Shown here: positions 52,890 through 63,236 of the stretch, piece after piece
How positions within the stretch are numbered: position 1 is the stretch's first letter
Layout: every line of letters begins with the position of its first letter
Assembly (NCBI GenBank): GCA_021731145.1
Contig: JAKFXX010000026.1
Coordinates: forward strand, 11,196 to 75,195
DNA length: 64,000 bases
Reading direction: 5' to 3'
Origin: Gammaproteobacteria bacterium
Lineage (GTDB): Bacteria; Pseudomonadota; Gammaproteobacteria; Ga0077554; Ga007554
Notes under the pieces: generated by a model
What the model was told of the DNA's origin: nothing
Databases searched by the model: none
The model's input: only the letters and a program-made list of their open reading frames with translations
Position numbers and translations under genes: made by a program

Positions 52890-53831
52890 TTATATTTTCG
52901 CCAAAGAAGGCACGACACTAACCGGCCCCTGCTCTTCCTCCGCATGATACGATGAGCGCACCAGCGGCCCCGCTTTCACCCACGCAAACCCCAGCGCGCG
53001 CGCCTCTTGCTCGTAACTGGCGAAGGTCTCCGGGGTTATGTACTCTTTGACCGGCAGATGATGGCGCGTCGGGCGCAGATATTGACCCAGCGATACGCGG
53101 CTCACGCCTATGGCGCGCAGGTCACGCAGTACCTCGGTCACCTCCTCGCGGCGCTCGCCCAATCCCAGCATCAACGACGACTTGGCCGCCACGCCCGGCT
53201 GGCTGGCGGCCCGCTCCAGCAGACTCAACGAGCGCTCATAGCGGGAGCCCTTGCGCACGGTCTTGTATAAACCGGGGACGGTCTCGACGTTGTGCCCCCA
53301 CACCAGCGAGCCTGCTCCGTCCAACGCTGCGGTAATGGTCTGTATCGCCTGCTCCTGGCACTGCTGAAAATCCGGCGTCAGCAGCTCCAGGCCAATGCCG
53401 GGCTTGCGGCGGCGCAGCTCGCGGATGGTATCTGCGAATACTTTCGCCCCGCCGTCCGGCAGATCGTCGCGATTCACCGACGTTAGCACCACATACCCCA
53501 GGCCCATGTTGATGACGGCATTCGCCACGCGGCGCGGCTCGTCGAGATCATATGAACCGGGGCGACCGGCCTTCACCGCGCAGAAACCACAGGCGCGGGT
53601 ACAGGTATCCCCGAGCAGCATGAAGGTGGCCGTGCCGCGGCTCCAGCATTCGCCCCGGTTTGGGCAACGCGCCTCCTCGCACACCGTGTGCAACGCATTG
53701 CCGCGCACGGCATCCGCAGTCAGTGCGTATTGGGAATGATCACCGAGATGCTGGCGTATCCACTGCGGCATACGCCCTACATTGGGCTGTGCAGCGGTCT
53801 GATCAAAAACAGGCGTTATAGCTTGGGACAT
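52890..53831 (-). CDS. lipA: lipoyl synthase
   Basis: CEEARCPNRGECW (CX4CX5C), CTRACGFC (CX3CX2C), RSSY; start revised to MSQAIT. Confidence 0.95.
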   Translation of the reverse strand: MSQAITPVFDQTAAQPNVGRMPQWIRQHLGDHSQYALTADAVRGNALHTVCEEARCPNRGECWSRGTATFMLLGDTCTRACGFCAVKAGRPGSYDLDEPRRVANAVINMGLGYVVLTSVNRDDLPDGGAKVFADTIRELRRRKPGIGLELLTPDFQQCQEQAIQTITAALDGAGSLVWGHNVETVPGLYKTVRKGSRYERSLSLLERAASQPGVAAKSSLMLGLGERREEVTEVLRDLRAIGVSRVSLGQYLRPTRHHLPVKEYITPETFASYEQEARALGFAWVKAGPLVRSSYHAEEEQGPVSVVPSLAKI

Positions 53832-53853
53832 GGGTTTCCTGGAGCTGCAAAAC

Positions 53854-53895
53854 AAAAAAAGGGCGGCAGATAAACCCCACGCTTATCTGCCGCCC
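53854..53895 (-). terminator. riboswitch expression-platform terminator
   Basis: 13-bp stem GGGCGGCAGATAA/TTATCTGCCGCCC plus a U7 tract on the minus strand; adjoins or overlaps the 3' end of aptamer 2. Confidence 0.85.
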
Positions 53896-54072
53896 CTCTG
53901 TCCTGTGTACCTGAGAGCTTGAGCCCCTTCGGCGGGCCTGTCCGGGCATGCCGGCGACCACTCTCCAGAGTCAACCCTCTCCCCCGGTCCTTTTGCCTGA
54001 GCGATTCCGGGCGGTTTGCGCCTTCGGCGTCCCGCATCTTAAAATGAGCGCGGGATCTCTTCCAGGGGAGGG
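53890..54072 (-). ncRNA. tandem glycine riboswitch
   Basis: Two aptamers: GGAAGAGA..CGCCGAAGGCGCAA..GCTCAGGCAAAAGGACC and CTCTGGAGAG..CGCCGAAGGGGC..CTCTCAGGTACACAGGACAGAG; upstream of lipA-gcv. Confidence 0.93.
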
Positions 54073-54212
54073 ATGTTGAAGCGATAATATACTATGACTG
54101 TGCCAGCGACGCCAGAGCGACGCAACATTTGGGGCCAGAACATAAGTAGTATTAAATATGCTATAACCACTACTACACAACACCTATCAAACAGGCCGCC
54201 AAGGTTACCCGA

Positions 54213-56750
54213 ATGCGCTTTGACACTATCTTCGAGCACGCCCCGTTCAGCATCCAGGTGTTCTCACCGGATGGCGAGACCATCCTCGCCAATCGCGCCT
54301 GGATGGAGCTATGGCACATCTCACTGGAAAGAATAAAGGGTTACAACATCCTGCGTGACCCGCAACTGGTCGAAAAGGGGGTGATGCCCTATATCCAGAG
54401 GGCTTTTTCGGGGGATGCCACCGTGATTCCCGCTATCTGGTATGACGCCGAGAGGGTTGATCCTAACTGCGTACCACCACGCTGGGTACGCGCGTTCATG
54501 TATCCCATCAAGGACGGCGCGCGGATCACCGAGGTGGTCATCATGCACGAGGACCTTACCGCTCAAAAGCTCGCCGAAGATGAATTGCTCAAAACACGCG
54601 ATGAGCTGGAACAAAGGGTACATGAGCGTACCATCGAGCTCGAAAAGGCCAATGCCGCGTTGCGGGCGGAAATCGCGGAGCGGAAATTGGTCGAAGGTGC
54701 ACTGTTTACAAGCGAAGAGCGCCTGGCACATTTTTTCACGGCCTCTTACGAGGGATTGCTGTTCCACGATAATGGCGTCATTCTCGACATTAACCCTGCC
54801 ATCACCGAGCTCCTCGGCTCTCCTCCGGAACAAATCATCGGCAAGCACATCCTGGAACTTGTCGCGCCGGAGTCCCTCAAAAAGGTGGTTGCCAACATGC
54901 AGGCCGGAGAGGAAGGGCCCTATGAGGTGATCGTCCAGAGAAGTGACGGCTCGACTATCCCCGCAGAAGTGCGCGCTAAAAATGTCGAATACCAGAGCCG
55001 CACGATCCGGGTAGTGGCTGCACAGGACATCCGGGAACGCAAAAAAGCCGAAGAAAAACTGCGTCAAGCCGCCACGGTTTTCGACAACACCAGCGAAGCC
55101 ATTGTCATTACCGACGCCGAACACGGTATCGTTGCCGTCAACCGGGCTTTCAGTGAAATCACCGGTCATGAGGCGCCCGAGGTGCTGGGCAAAACACCGC
55201 GCGTCTATCAATCAGGCAGGCGTAACAAGGCCGTGCTCGCCGATCTGCAAAGTTCGCTGCAAACCCACAGCCAGTGGCGGGGTGAAATCTGGAACCGGCG
55301 CAAGAACGGCGACGTCTACCCTGCCTGGGAATGCGTGACGGAAATAAAGGATGAACATGGCCGTGTTACCAACACCGTGAGGGTGTTTTCGGACATAAGC
55401 GCCATGAAAGAGTCGGAAAAAAGACTCCATTACCTTGCCCACCACGACGCGCTTACTGGCCTTCCCAATCGCCTGCTGTTCCAGGAAACCCTCAATCAAG
55501 CGTTACGCCGCGCCAAGCGGCACAAGCAGCGCGTCGCGCTGCTGTTTCTGGACCTGGATCGATTCAAGATCATCAACGACACCCTGGGGCATGCCTGCGG
55601 CGACCGGCTGTTGCAAGAAACCGCCTTGCGCTTGCGCAAGGCGGTGCGGGCCGAAGACATGGTGGCACGGCTGGGAGGCGATGAATTCACCATTATCCTG
55701 TCTGATATTGCTCACCCCGAGGACGCGGCGATACTCGCCAAGAAACTCATCAACGCCGTCGCCGAACCAATCGTTACCGACGGACACGAGATCACCACAT
55801 CCACCAGCATGGGCATCAGCATCTATCCCGACGACGCCGAAGACAGCGAAGGCCTTGCCAAAGCGGCCGATGCGGCCATGTACCGCGCCAAGGAGCATGG
55901 CAGGCACAATTATCAGTTCTACGCAGCAGAACTGACCACGAAGGCTTTCGAACACCTCTCCCTTGAGCAGGGTTTGCGGCAGGCCCTGGCCCGGGACGAG
56001 TTCATTTTGCACTATCAACCGCAATTTACGCTCAAGGACAACCGCCTCTATGGCGTAGAGGCCTTGATTCGCTGGCAGCATCCCACGCTCGGACTGGTGA
56101 CGCCAAGCAAATTCATGCCCGTAGCCGAGGAAACCGGACTCATTGAACCCATCGGCGAGTGGGTGCTACGCACCGCCTGCAATGACGCCAAGACCTGGCA
56201 CGAGGCTGGCCTGCCGTGGGTACGGATCGCGGTCAATATCGCGGGGCGACAAATCCTGCGCGGCAATATCCTGAACACACTGCGTACCATCCAGGAGGAA
56301 GCCGGATTGCGCCCCGGCGAGTTGCAGCTTGAACTGGAAATTACCGAGAGCGATCTTGAGGTCGCGGAGCACAGCATCGAGTTGCTAAGAAGCCTTAAAT
56401 CGCTGGGCGTGACGCTCGCCATTGACGACTTCGGCACAGGTTACTCCTCCCTGAGCCGCCTGAAACACCTGCCGATCGATACCCTCAAGATCGACCGTTC
56501 GTTTGTACAGGATATCCCTCACGACGCGGATGATGTCGCCATCACCAACGCGATTATCGCCATGGCCCACAGCCTGAAATTGAGCGTCATTGCCGAGGGC
56601 GTGGAAACCGCTGAGCAGCTCGCATTCCTGCGGGCGCAGCGGTGCGATATCGTGCAGGGATATTTCTTCAACAAACCGATGCCTGCCGACGAAATACTGA
56701 CACTGCTATCGAATCCGGCTTCTGCCCGGGAAGGTCTTGGATGGCCATGA
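54213..56750 (+). CDS. PAS-PAS-PAS-GGDEF-EAL c-di-GMP signalling protein
   Basis: Three PAS/PAC domains, HDALTGLPNR, RLGGDEF, GVEALIRW, IDDFGTGYSSL. Confidence 0.95.
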   Translation: MRFDTIFEHAPFSIQVFSPDGETILANRAWMELWHISLERIKGYNILRDPQLVEKGVMPYIQRAFSGDATVIPAIWYDAERVDPNCVPPRWVRAFMYPIKDGARITEVVIMHEDLTAQKLAEDELLKTRDELEQRVHERTIELEKANAALRAEIAERKLVEGALFTSEERLAHFFTASYEGLLFHDNGVILDINPAITELLGSPPEQIIGKHILELVAPESLKKVVANMQAGEEGPYEVIVQRSDGSTIPAEVRAKNVEYQSRTIRVVAAQDIRERKKAEEKLRQAATVFDNTSEAIVITDAEHGIVAVNRAFSEITGHEAPEVLGKTPRVYQSGRRNKAVLADLQSSLQTHSQWRGEIWNRRKNGDVYPAWECVTEIKDEHGRVTNTVRVFSDISAMKESEKRLHYLAHHDALTGLPNRLLFQETLNQALRRAKRHKQRVALLFLDLDRFKIINDTLGHACGDRLLQETALRLRKAVRAEDMVARLGGDEFTIILSDIAHPEDAAILAKKLINAVAEPIVTDGHEITTSTSMGISIYPDDAEDSEGLAKAADAAMYRAKEHGRHNYQFYAAELTTKAFEHLSLEQGLRQALARDEFILHYQPQFTLKDNRLYGVEALIRWQHPTLGLVTPSKFMPVAEETGLIEPIGEWVLRTACNDAKTWHEAGLPWVRIAVNIAGRQILRGNILNTLRTIQEEAGLRPGELQLELEITESDLEVAEHSIELLRSLKSLGVTLAIDDFGTGYSSLSRLKHLPIDTLKIDRSFVQDIPHDADDVAITNAIIAMAHSLKLSVIAEGVETAEQLAFLRAQRCDIVQGYFFNKPMPADEILTLLSNPASAREGLGWP

Positions 56751-56785
56751 ACGTCGTGAGCCTTCACCCTATAAACGGCAGTTGA

Positions 56786-56909
56786 ACCGCAGAGGACGCA
56801 GAGAACACAAAGAAATTCGGACGATTAGCGTAATGCACACCCAATCGGGTGACTCGGTACACAAGCCAAGATCTTGTTTTTCCTCTGTGTGCCCCGCGTC
56901 CTCTGCGGT
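56786..56909. repeat. CACAGAG/CGCAGAG-type inverted repeat element
   Basis: ACCGCAGAGGACGCAGAG ... GCGTCCTCTGCGGT between convergent genes; same style as the outer IR at 51044. Confidence 0.75.
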
Positions 56910-56925
56910 GAATTGCTGTTTTAGT

Positions 56926-58542
56926 TCACCTCGCCGAACGCCTCACCAGCAAAATCACCGGGATCAACCCCACCAGCACCAGCGTCAGCGCAGGCAAGGC
57001 GGCGGCTTCCCATTCGCCCTCCGAGGTCATCTCGAAGATGCGGATCGCCAGCGTGTCCCAATCGAACGGGCGCAGCAGCAGGGTAGCGGGCAACTCTTTC
57101 ATCACATCCACGAACACCAGCAGCGCGGCGGTGAGCAGACCAGGGCGCAGCATGGGGAGGTAGATGCGCCACAATATCTCGCGGTTACCCGCCCCCAGGC
57201 TACGGGCGGCCTGCTGGATGGAGGGGGTAATGCGCTCCAGCCCGCTCTCCACCGGACCATGCGCCACGGCGAGGAAACGCACCAGATAAGCAAACAACAG
57301 GGCGATGACGCTGCCGCTGAGCAGCAACCCGGTTGAGACGCCAAACCAGCGCTGCGCCAGCACATCAACACCCTGATCCGTCCAGGTGAAAAACAACATG
57401 ATGCCCACCGCCAGCACCGAGCCTGGCATGGCGTAACCGAGTGTCGCCATGCGTACCGCCAGCCCGGTCATCTTGCCCGGCCAGAGCTTGTTTACATAGC
57501 CAAGCAGCAGCGCGCCGCTTACCGTGAGTAGCGCGGCGAGCACACCCAGCATCACGGTATGGGTTACAAACTCCCAATAGCGCTCATCCAGATCGGCAAG
57601 CGCCGTGCCGGACGCCCAGATCGCCAGTTGCGCCACCGGGATCAAAAAGGCCAGCGCCAGCACCAGCGCGGCCGCCGCCGTGGCAGACCACGCGCTCAGG
57701 CCTTTCAGCTTATAGCGGAATTCGGAGGCGCGCCTGCCGCTGCTGTAAAAACGCGCCCGGCCCCGCCAGCGCCGCTCGCCATACAGCGCAAGGGCGACAA
57801 ACAGCAGCAGCAGGGTAGAAAGCTGCGCTGCGGCGTGGATGTTGAATAAACCGAACCAGGCCTTGTAGATGGCAGTGGTGAAGGTATCGTAATTGAAGAT
57901 CGCTACCGCGCCAAAATCCGCCAGCGCCTCCATCAAGGCCAAGGCAACGCCCGCAGCTATCGCCGGACGCGCCATGGGCAGGCAGATGCGCAAGAACACC
58001 TGCCACGGCGCAAGGCCGAGGATGCGCCCGCTCTCCAGCATGTTGCGCCCCTGGCCGAGAAAGGCCGCGCGCGCCAGCATGTACACATAGGGATACAGCG
58101 CCAGCGCCAGCACCGCGATAACCCCGCCCTCGGAGCGGATCGGCGGAAACCAGACATTATCCGGCCCAAGCAATTCTCGCAGGCCACTCTGCACCGGTCC
58201 GCTGAAATCCAGCAGGCCCACCGCAACAAACGCCAGCACGTAGGTGGGAATACCCAGTGGCAGCATCAGCGCCCAGTCGAAGACGCGGCGCCCCGGAAAC
58301 TCGCACATTGCCGTCAGCCATGCCAAGCCCACGCCGAGCAGCAGCACACCAAAACCGACACCGATGACCAGTACGGCGGTGTTGCGCAGCAGCTCACCCA
58401 GCACCGTATCGGCCAGGTGCCGCCACACCTCGCCTTCCGCTACCAGCCAGGCGGGCAACAGCGTCAGGAGGGGGATTGTTACCAGCAATGCGACGGTCAG
58501 GCTGGCCAGCCGCCACCCGCCGCCGCTGGCGGCAAAGTTCAC
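56926..58542 (-). CDS. fbpB: Fe(III) ABC transporter permease
   Basis: YPYVYMLAR, LMEALADFG, GYAMPGSVLAVG, VMKELPATLLLRPF. Confidence 0.9.
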   Translation of the reverse strand: MNFAASGGGWRLASLTVALLVTIPLLTLLPAWLVAEGEVWRHLADTVLGELLRNTAVLVIGVGFGVLLLGVGLAWLTAMCEFPGRRVFDWALMLPLGIPTYVLAFVAVGLLDFSGPVQSGLRELLGPDNVWFPPIRSEGGVIAVLALALYPYVYMLARAAFLGQGRNMLESGRILGLAPWQVFLRICLPMARPAIAAGVALALMEALADFGAVAIFNYDTFTTAIYKAWFGLFNIHAAAQLSTLLLLFVALALYGERRWRGRARFYSSGRRASEFRYKLKGLSAWSATAAAALVLALAFLIPVAQLAIWASGTALADLDERYWEFVTHTVMLGVLAALLTVSGALLLGYVNKLWPGKMTGLAVRMATLGYAMPGSVLAVGIMLFFTWTDQGVDVLAQRWFGVSTGLLLSGSVIALLFAYLVRFLAVAHGPVESGLERITPSIQQAARSLGAGNREILWRIYLPMLRPGLLTAALLVFVDVMKELPATLLLRPFDWDTLAIRIFEMTSEGEWEAAALPALTLVLVGLIPVILLVRRSAR

Positions 58543-58555
58543 GGGTACTCCGCCG

Positions 58556-59563
58556 TCATTTATACCCGGCCCGGTCCATCAACATCACTGCTTTGGCCTG
58601 CAACTTGCCGGCTTCTGCGACGCTAATGCTGTCCTGCTTGAAGCTGCCCCAGGCTGCGACGAGCGGATCAGGCTTGACCTTGGGGTTCACCGGGAACTCC
58701 AGGTTGGCGTCGGCGAAGAGGTTCTGCGCCTTGGTGGAAGACAGCCACTCCAGGAACTTCACTGCGGCTTCGGGATGCTTGGCATGCTTGGTCACGCCCG
58801 CGCCCGACACGTTGACATGAACACCGCGGTCATTCTGGTTGGGCCAGAAAATACCCATTGGCGCCTTGGGATTCTTGCGTATAAGACGGCCATAGTAATA
58901 ACTGTTGACGATGCCCACATCGCACTGCCCCGCCGCCATGGCATCCAGCAGGTTCTCATCGTCCGAGAAGGGCGGGGTCGCCAGGTTTTTCACCCACGAC
59001 TTCACGATCTCTTCGCTCTTCGCCTCGCCCAGCTCAGCGATCATCATTGCCACCAGCGACTGGTTATAGACCTTCTTGGAGCTGCGCAGACACAACCGGC
59101 CCTTCCATTTGGCATCACCCAGCGCCTCGTAGGTGGACAGATCACCCGGTTTGACCTTCCTGGTGTTATAAATAATCGTGCGGGCGCGCACCGACAGGCC
59201 ATACCACTGACCGTCCGGATCACGCAGATGCGCAGGGATATTGTCGTTGAGAACTTTCGAGTCCACCTTCGCCAGCAGCCCGCTTTGCTCCGCTTGCCAC
59301 AGATTGCCCGCGTCCACCGTGATCAACAAATCCGCAGGCGTCTTCGCCCCTTCGGCCTTGAGACGCTCCAGCAGCGGACCTTCCTTGCCCGTCAACAGCT
59401 TGATATGCGTGCCCGTTTCTTTTTCATAGGCGTTCACCAGCGGTTTGACCAATTTCTCAATACGTGCGGAATACACCACCAGCTCCTCCGCAGCCTGTGC
59501 GACCGGCTGGAAGGCGAATATTGCGAACGCAACGAAAGGGGCGGCGCGTTTGGTGAGTGGCAT
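58556..59563 (-). CDS. fbpA: Fe(III) ABC transporter substrate-binding protein (FutA/FbpA)
   Basis: LVVYSAR, ADLLITVDAGNL, YNQSL, NSYYYGR, GVHVNVSG. Confidence 0.9.
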   Translation of the reverse strand: MPLTKRAAPFVAFAIFAFQPVAQAAEELVVYSARIEKLVKPLVNAYEKETGTHIKLLTGKEGPLLERLKAEGAKTPADLLITVDAGNLWQAEQSGLLAKVDSKVLNDNIPAHLRDPDGQWYGLSVRARTIIYNTRKVKPGDLSTYEALGDAKWKGRLCLRSSKKVYNQSLVAMMIAELGEAKSEEIVKSWVKNLATPPFSDDENLLDAMAAGQCDVGIVNSYYYGRLIRKNPKAPMGIFWPNQNDRGVHVNVSGAGVTKHAKHPEAAVKFLEWLSSTKAQNLFADANLEFPVNPKVKPDPLVAAWGSFKQDSISVAEAGKLQAKAVMLMDRAGYK

Positions 59564-59618
59564 GTTTGTCTCCGGGATATTCCCTTGTCTGGGGTAGGGG
59601 GTTCATTTTGAAGTTAAT

Positions 59619-59637
59619 GGTAATGATTATCATTAGT
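59619..59637. promoter_or_regulatory. Fur box
   Basis: GGTAATGATTATCATTAGT, containing the perfect 7-1-7 palindrome TAATGAT-T-ATCATTA, upstream of fbpA. Confidence 0.9.
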
Positions 59638-59791
59638 AAATGCAACTGCCTTTGCCCTCCCTCGTCATCCTCCTAAAGATACACGCCCCTGCCGATACTC
59701 CTTTCGCACGACCACAACGCAAAGGAAGGCCTTTACCGCTCCGGGCTGCCGTGGTCACCGCCGCAAGAATATGAATGGAGAAATAGAAGTC

Positions 59792-61414
59792 ATGCACAAT
59801 ACCGTGAAGAAACTGTGGGCCTTGTTGCTGGTCGCCGCGCTGGCGGGGTGTGGCGGAGGGGATAATGCGTTCAAGGGTCCCGGCACATCCACGGGGACGG
59901 TACCAATTACTAGCACTCCGACAGTTCAGATGTCCCTGGCAGTGGGTGTAACGACGCTTTCTGCCGGGGGTAGCACGGGCATTACCGCCAAACTGTCAGA
60001 TGCTAACACGGGCGCGCCTTATACTACCGAAATTGATGTCACTTTCACCTCGGTCTGCGCGGGGACGCAGGGCGCCACGCTGATTTCACCCGTCAAATCT
60101 GCGAATGGTACTGCCATAAGCACCTATGTCGCCAAGGGAGGATGTGAAAGCAGCGACACCATTACTGCGACGGCCACGGCACCCAACGGGACGATCACCG
60201 CCAGCGCCACCATTAATGTATTGCCTGCCGTGTTGGGCTCCATCCAATTCGTATCCGCTATACCCTCCAGTATTGCATTGAAAGGAACGGGTGGTGCGGG
60301 ATTGTCTGAAACTTCCATCATCGCATTCAAAGTGTTAAATTCGGTTGGGGGGGTAGTGCCGAACAAGGATGTGATTTTTTCCCTGGATACCGATGTGGGC
60401 GGGTTGAGCCTTTCCCCGCTCACAGCCAAAACCGACGCCAACGGTCAGGCTCAGACCATTGTGCAGGCTGGCACCATCCCTACACCTGTGCGCGTGACAG
60501 CAACCATCATCGGCTCCTCCCCTGTCATCAGTACGCAGTCGGATCAGTTGGCGATTACCACCGGCATACCGGATCAGGATAGCATTTCACTTAGCGCGGA
60601 AACCCTGAACCCGGAGGCCTGGCATGTCGATGGAGTAACGGTAAAAATAACCGCCCGATTTGCCGATCGATTTAACAACCCGGTGCCGGATGGAACCGCC
60701 GTCACCTTCACGACCGAGGGCGGATCAATAGGTGGGTCGTGTAATACTGTGAAGGGCGCCTGTTCGGTGGATTGGGTGAGCCAAGAGCCGCGCCCTTCCG
60801 ATGGCCGGGTGACAATCTTGGCAACAGCCATCGGCGAAGAAAGCTTTGGGGATGCCAACAGCGACGGCAAGTTTGGCAATGGCGACAGCTTCCCGGCCTC
60901 TAACGACCTACCGGAAGCGTTTCGTGATGACAACGAAAATGGTCTGCGGGATGCCACCGAGTTCTCTGTGGATTTCAACCGTAACGGTATCTATGATGCC
61001 AAGGATGGCAAATTCAACGGTATCCTGTGCGAACACAGCACGTTGTGCGGTTCGACAAAAACACTAAATGTGCGCGACTCTACGGTGCTGGTGATGGCGG
61101 ATTCGTTTGCAAAAATCGTTATCAATCCCGGCGGCATCGACGTCTCAGGCGGGCCGCAGACAGTGATGATTACAGTAGGGGATTTTGCGCATAACCAACC
61201 CATGCCGAAAGGCACGACCATCAATATCGCTACGGATAACGGCAAGTTGTCAGGGCCAACAAGCTACACCGTGGGAAACACCAGCTTCAATGGGCCGCTG
61301 GTCTACGAGATAAATGTTGCCACTGACGGAACATCGAGTAGTGGTACGCTGACGGTAACGGCGACAGCACCGGGCGGCGACACAAGTTATGCAACGATAA
61401 GCGTCCAAGACTGA
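59792..61414 (+). CDS. Ig-like (Big_1/invasin-type) surface lipoprotein with DxNxDG/DxNxNG repeats
   Basis: Lipobox LAGC; Thr/Ser/Gly-rich beta repeats, DRFNNPVPDGTAVTFTTEGG; DANSDG, DDNENG, DFNRNG. Confidence 0.8.
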   Translation: MHNTVKKLWALLLVAALAGCGGGDNAFKGPGTSTGTVPITSTPTVQMSLAVGVTTLSAGGSTGITAKLSDANTGAPYTTEIDVTFTSVCAGTQGATLISPVKSANGTAISTYVAKGGCESSDTITATATAPNGTITASATINVLPAVLGSIQFVSAIPSSIALKGTGGAGLSETSIIAFKVLNSVGGVVPNKDVIFSLDTDVGGLSLSPLTAKTDANGQAQTIVQAGTIPTPVRVTATIIGSSPVISTQSDQLAITTGIPDQDSISLSAETLNPEAWHVDGVTVKITARFADRFNNPVPDGTAVTFTTEGGSIGGSCNTVKGACSVDWVSQEPRPSDGRVTILATAIGEESFGDANSDGKFGNGDSFPASNDLPEAFRDDNENGLRDATEFSVDFNRNGIYDAKDGKFNGILCEHSTLCGSTKTLNVRDSTVLVMADSFAKIVINPGGIDVSGGPQTVMITVGDFAHNQPMPKGTTINIATDNGKLSGPTSYTVGNTSFNGPLVYEINVATDGTSSSGTLTVTATAPGGDTSYATISVQD

Positions 61415-61473
61415 GGTTTCCCAGGGGCGGCACTAAAAACCCCAGAGCGCCTTTTCACCCCCACCATCAGCAC

Positions 61474-61509
61474 ACCCTAAAACCGGCCATCCCCGCCCGG
61501 TTTTAGGGT
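61474..61509. other. perfect 13-bp inverted repeat just upstream of aroK
   Basis: ACCCTAAAACCGG-N10-CCGGTTTTAGGGT. Confidence 0.6.
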
Positions 61510-61520
61510 AATATTTGCCC

Positions 61521-62045
61521 ATGGCTAAATCCGACAACATTTTCCTGATCGGCCCGATGGGCGCGGGCAAGACCACCATCGGGCGGCAGATCGCCAAGAA
61601 CCTGGGCGTGGACTTCGTGGACAGCGACCATGAGATTGAGCAGCGCACCGGGGCGAGCATCCCCCTGATCTTTGAAATCGAGGGCGAGGAAGGTTTCCGC
61701 AGGCGCGAGCGGGAGGTGATCGACGACCTGACGCGCCGCAAAGGCATCGTGCTGGCCACCGGCGGGGGTGCCGTGCTGGACCCCGCCAACCGCAATCATC
61801 TGGCCGGGCGCGGCACCGTGATCTATCTGCGTGCCTCGCTGGATCACTTGCTCAAGCGCACCGCGCGGGATCGCAACCGCCCACTGCTGCACACCGAAGA
61901 CCCGCGCGCCCGGCTGGAAGGAATCATAAAAATACGCGACCCCCTCTACCGTGAAATCGCCGATATCATTATCGACACCGACAGCAACACCGTGCGCTCT
62001 ACGGTGCGGATGATTGAAGACCAGCTTCAGACGTCGAGCAATTGA
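61521..62045 (+). CDS. aroK: shikimate kinase
   Basis: [34 protein letters not shown]. Confidence 0.97.
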   Translation: MAKSDNIFLIGPMGAGKTTIGRQIAKNLGVDFVDSDHEIEQRTGASIPLIFEIEGEEGFRRREREVIDDLTRRKGIVLATGGGAVLDPANRNHLAGRGTVIYLRASLDHLLKRTARDRNRPLLHTEDPRARLEGIIKIRDPLYREIADIIIDTDSNTVRSTVRMIEDQLQTSSN

Positions 62046-62076
62046 AGATTACAGTAACCCGCTGGACTCACGCACC

Positions 62077-63159
62077 ATGAAAACATTACACGTTGAACTT
62101 GGGCCACGCAGCTACCCGATCCATATCGGCAGCGGTTTGCTGGGGCGCGCCGATTTATTGAAGCCCTGCATCGCAGGCAAACAGGTAATGGTCGTGACCA
62201 ACGAGACGGTCGCCCCCCTCTATCTGGACAAAACACTCGCCGCTCTGAGCGACTATCAGTGCGAATCGGTGATCCTGCCGGACGGTGAGCAGTATAAGAC
62301 CCTGGACGTGCTGAACCACATTTTCGACGCCTTGCTGCGCAAGCATCTCGATCGCCGTGTCACGCTGGTGGCGCTCGGTGGCGGGGTGATCGGCGACATG
62401 ACGGGCTTTGCCGCCGCCTGTTATCAGCGCGGCGTGGATTTCATCCAGATCCCCACCACGCTGCTATCCCAGGTGGACTCCTCGGTGGGCGGCAAGACCG
62501 GTGTCAACCACCCGCTGGGCAAGAACATGATCGGCGCGTTTCATCAGCCACGTTGCGTGATCGCCGACACCGATACCCTTAACACCTTGCCGGATCGTGA
62601 GCTGAGCGCGGGCCTTGCCGAGGTGATCAAATACGGTCTGATCCGCGACCCGGCCTTTTTCGACTGGCTGGAGATCAACATGGACAAACTGCTGACCCGC
62701 GACACGCAGGCGCTGGTCTATGCCATCGAGCGCTCCTGCACCAACAAGGCCGACGTGGTCGCACTCGATGAACGCGAGGGCGGTGTGCGCGCCACGCTCA
62801 ACCTCGGCCATACCTTCGGCCACGCCATCGAAACCGGCATGGGCTACGGCGTGTGGCTGCACGGCGAGGCGGTTGCGACCGGCATGTGCATGGCGGCAAG
62901 AATGTCTGCACGCCTGGGTTGGCTGGATGATGCCGACGTGACTCGCGCCGAAGCACTGATCAGACAAGCCCGCCTGCCCGTCCGTGCCCCGCGCGCGCTC
63001 GACACCACCCGTTTCATCGAACTGATGGGCGTGGACAAAAAGGTGCAGGACGGCAAAATCCGCCTGGTGCTGCTCAAGGCCATCGGCGAGGCAGTGGTGA
63101 CCGATGATTTCCCGCCCGCCCTGCTGCGCGAAGTGATCGAGGCGTGCACATCAATGTAG
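62077..63159 (+). CDS. aroB: 3-dehydroquinate synthase
   Basis: [45 protein letters not shown]. Confidence 0.98.
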   Translation: MKTLHVELGPRSYPIHIGSGLLGRADLLKPCIAGKQVMVVTNETVAPLYLDKTLAALSDYQCESVILPDGEQYKTLDVLNHIFDALLRKHLDRRVTLVALGGGVIGDMTGFAAACYQRGVDFIQIPTTLLSQVDSSVGGKTGVNHPLGKNMIGAFHQPRCVIADTDTLNTLPDRELSAGLAEVIKYGLIRDPAFFDWLEINMDKLLTRDTQALVYAIERSCTNKADVVALDEREGGVRATLNLGHTFGHAIETGMGYGVWLHGEAVATGMCMAARMSARLGWLDDADVTRAEALIRQARLPVRAPRALDTTRFIELMGVDKKVQDGKIRLVLLKAIGEAVVTDDFPPALLREVIEACTSM

Positions 63160-63189
63160 GGCGGGTTAGCGTATTTTGCGTAACCCGCC
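63156..63189 (+). repeat. GTAG-type REP supplying the aroB stop codon
   Basis: GTAGGGCGGGTTAGCG..CGTAACCCGCC; the TAG within GTAG is the aroB stop. Confidence 0.75.
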
Positions 63190-63236
63190 AGGTGTGCGAA
63201 GCACACAACATGCTTTTAATGGCCTGAGGATAAACC

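Noticed and set aside
59674-59698. Sigma28-like TAAA...GCCGATAC
   Set aside because: The spacer is 13 nt against the canonical 15.
59700-59760. Possible c-di-GMP-I riboswitch (ACGCAAAG...GGCCT...CCGGGCTGCC) before the Ig-like lipoprotein
   Set aside because: It lacks the 5' GGCAAA element and the GNRA-capped P2 stem; only a GACCAC/GTGGTC stem is evident. An Infernal search would settle it.
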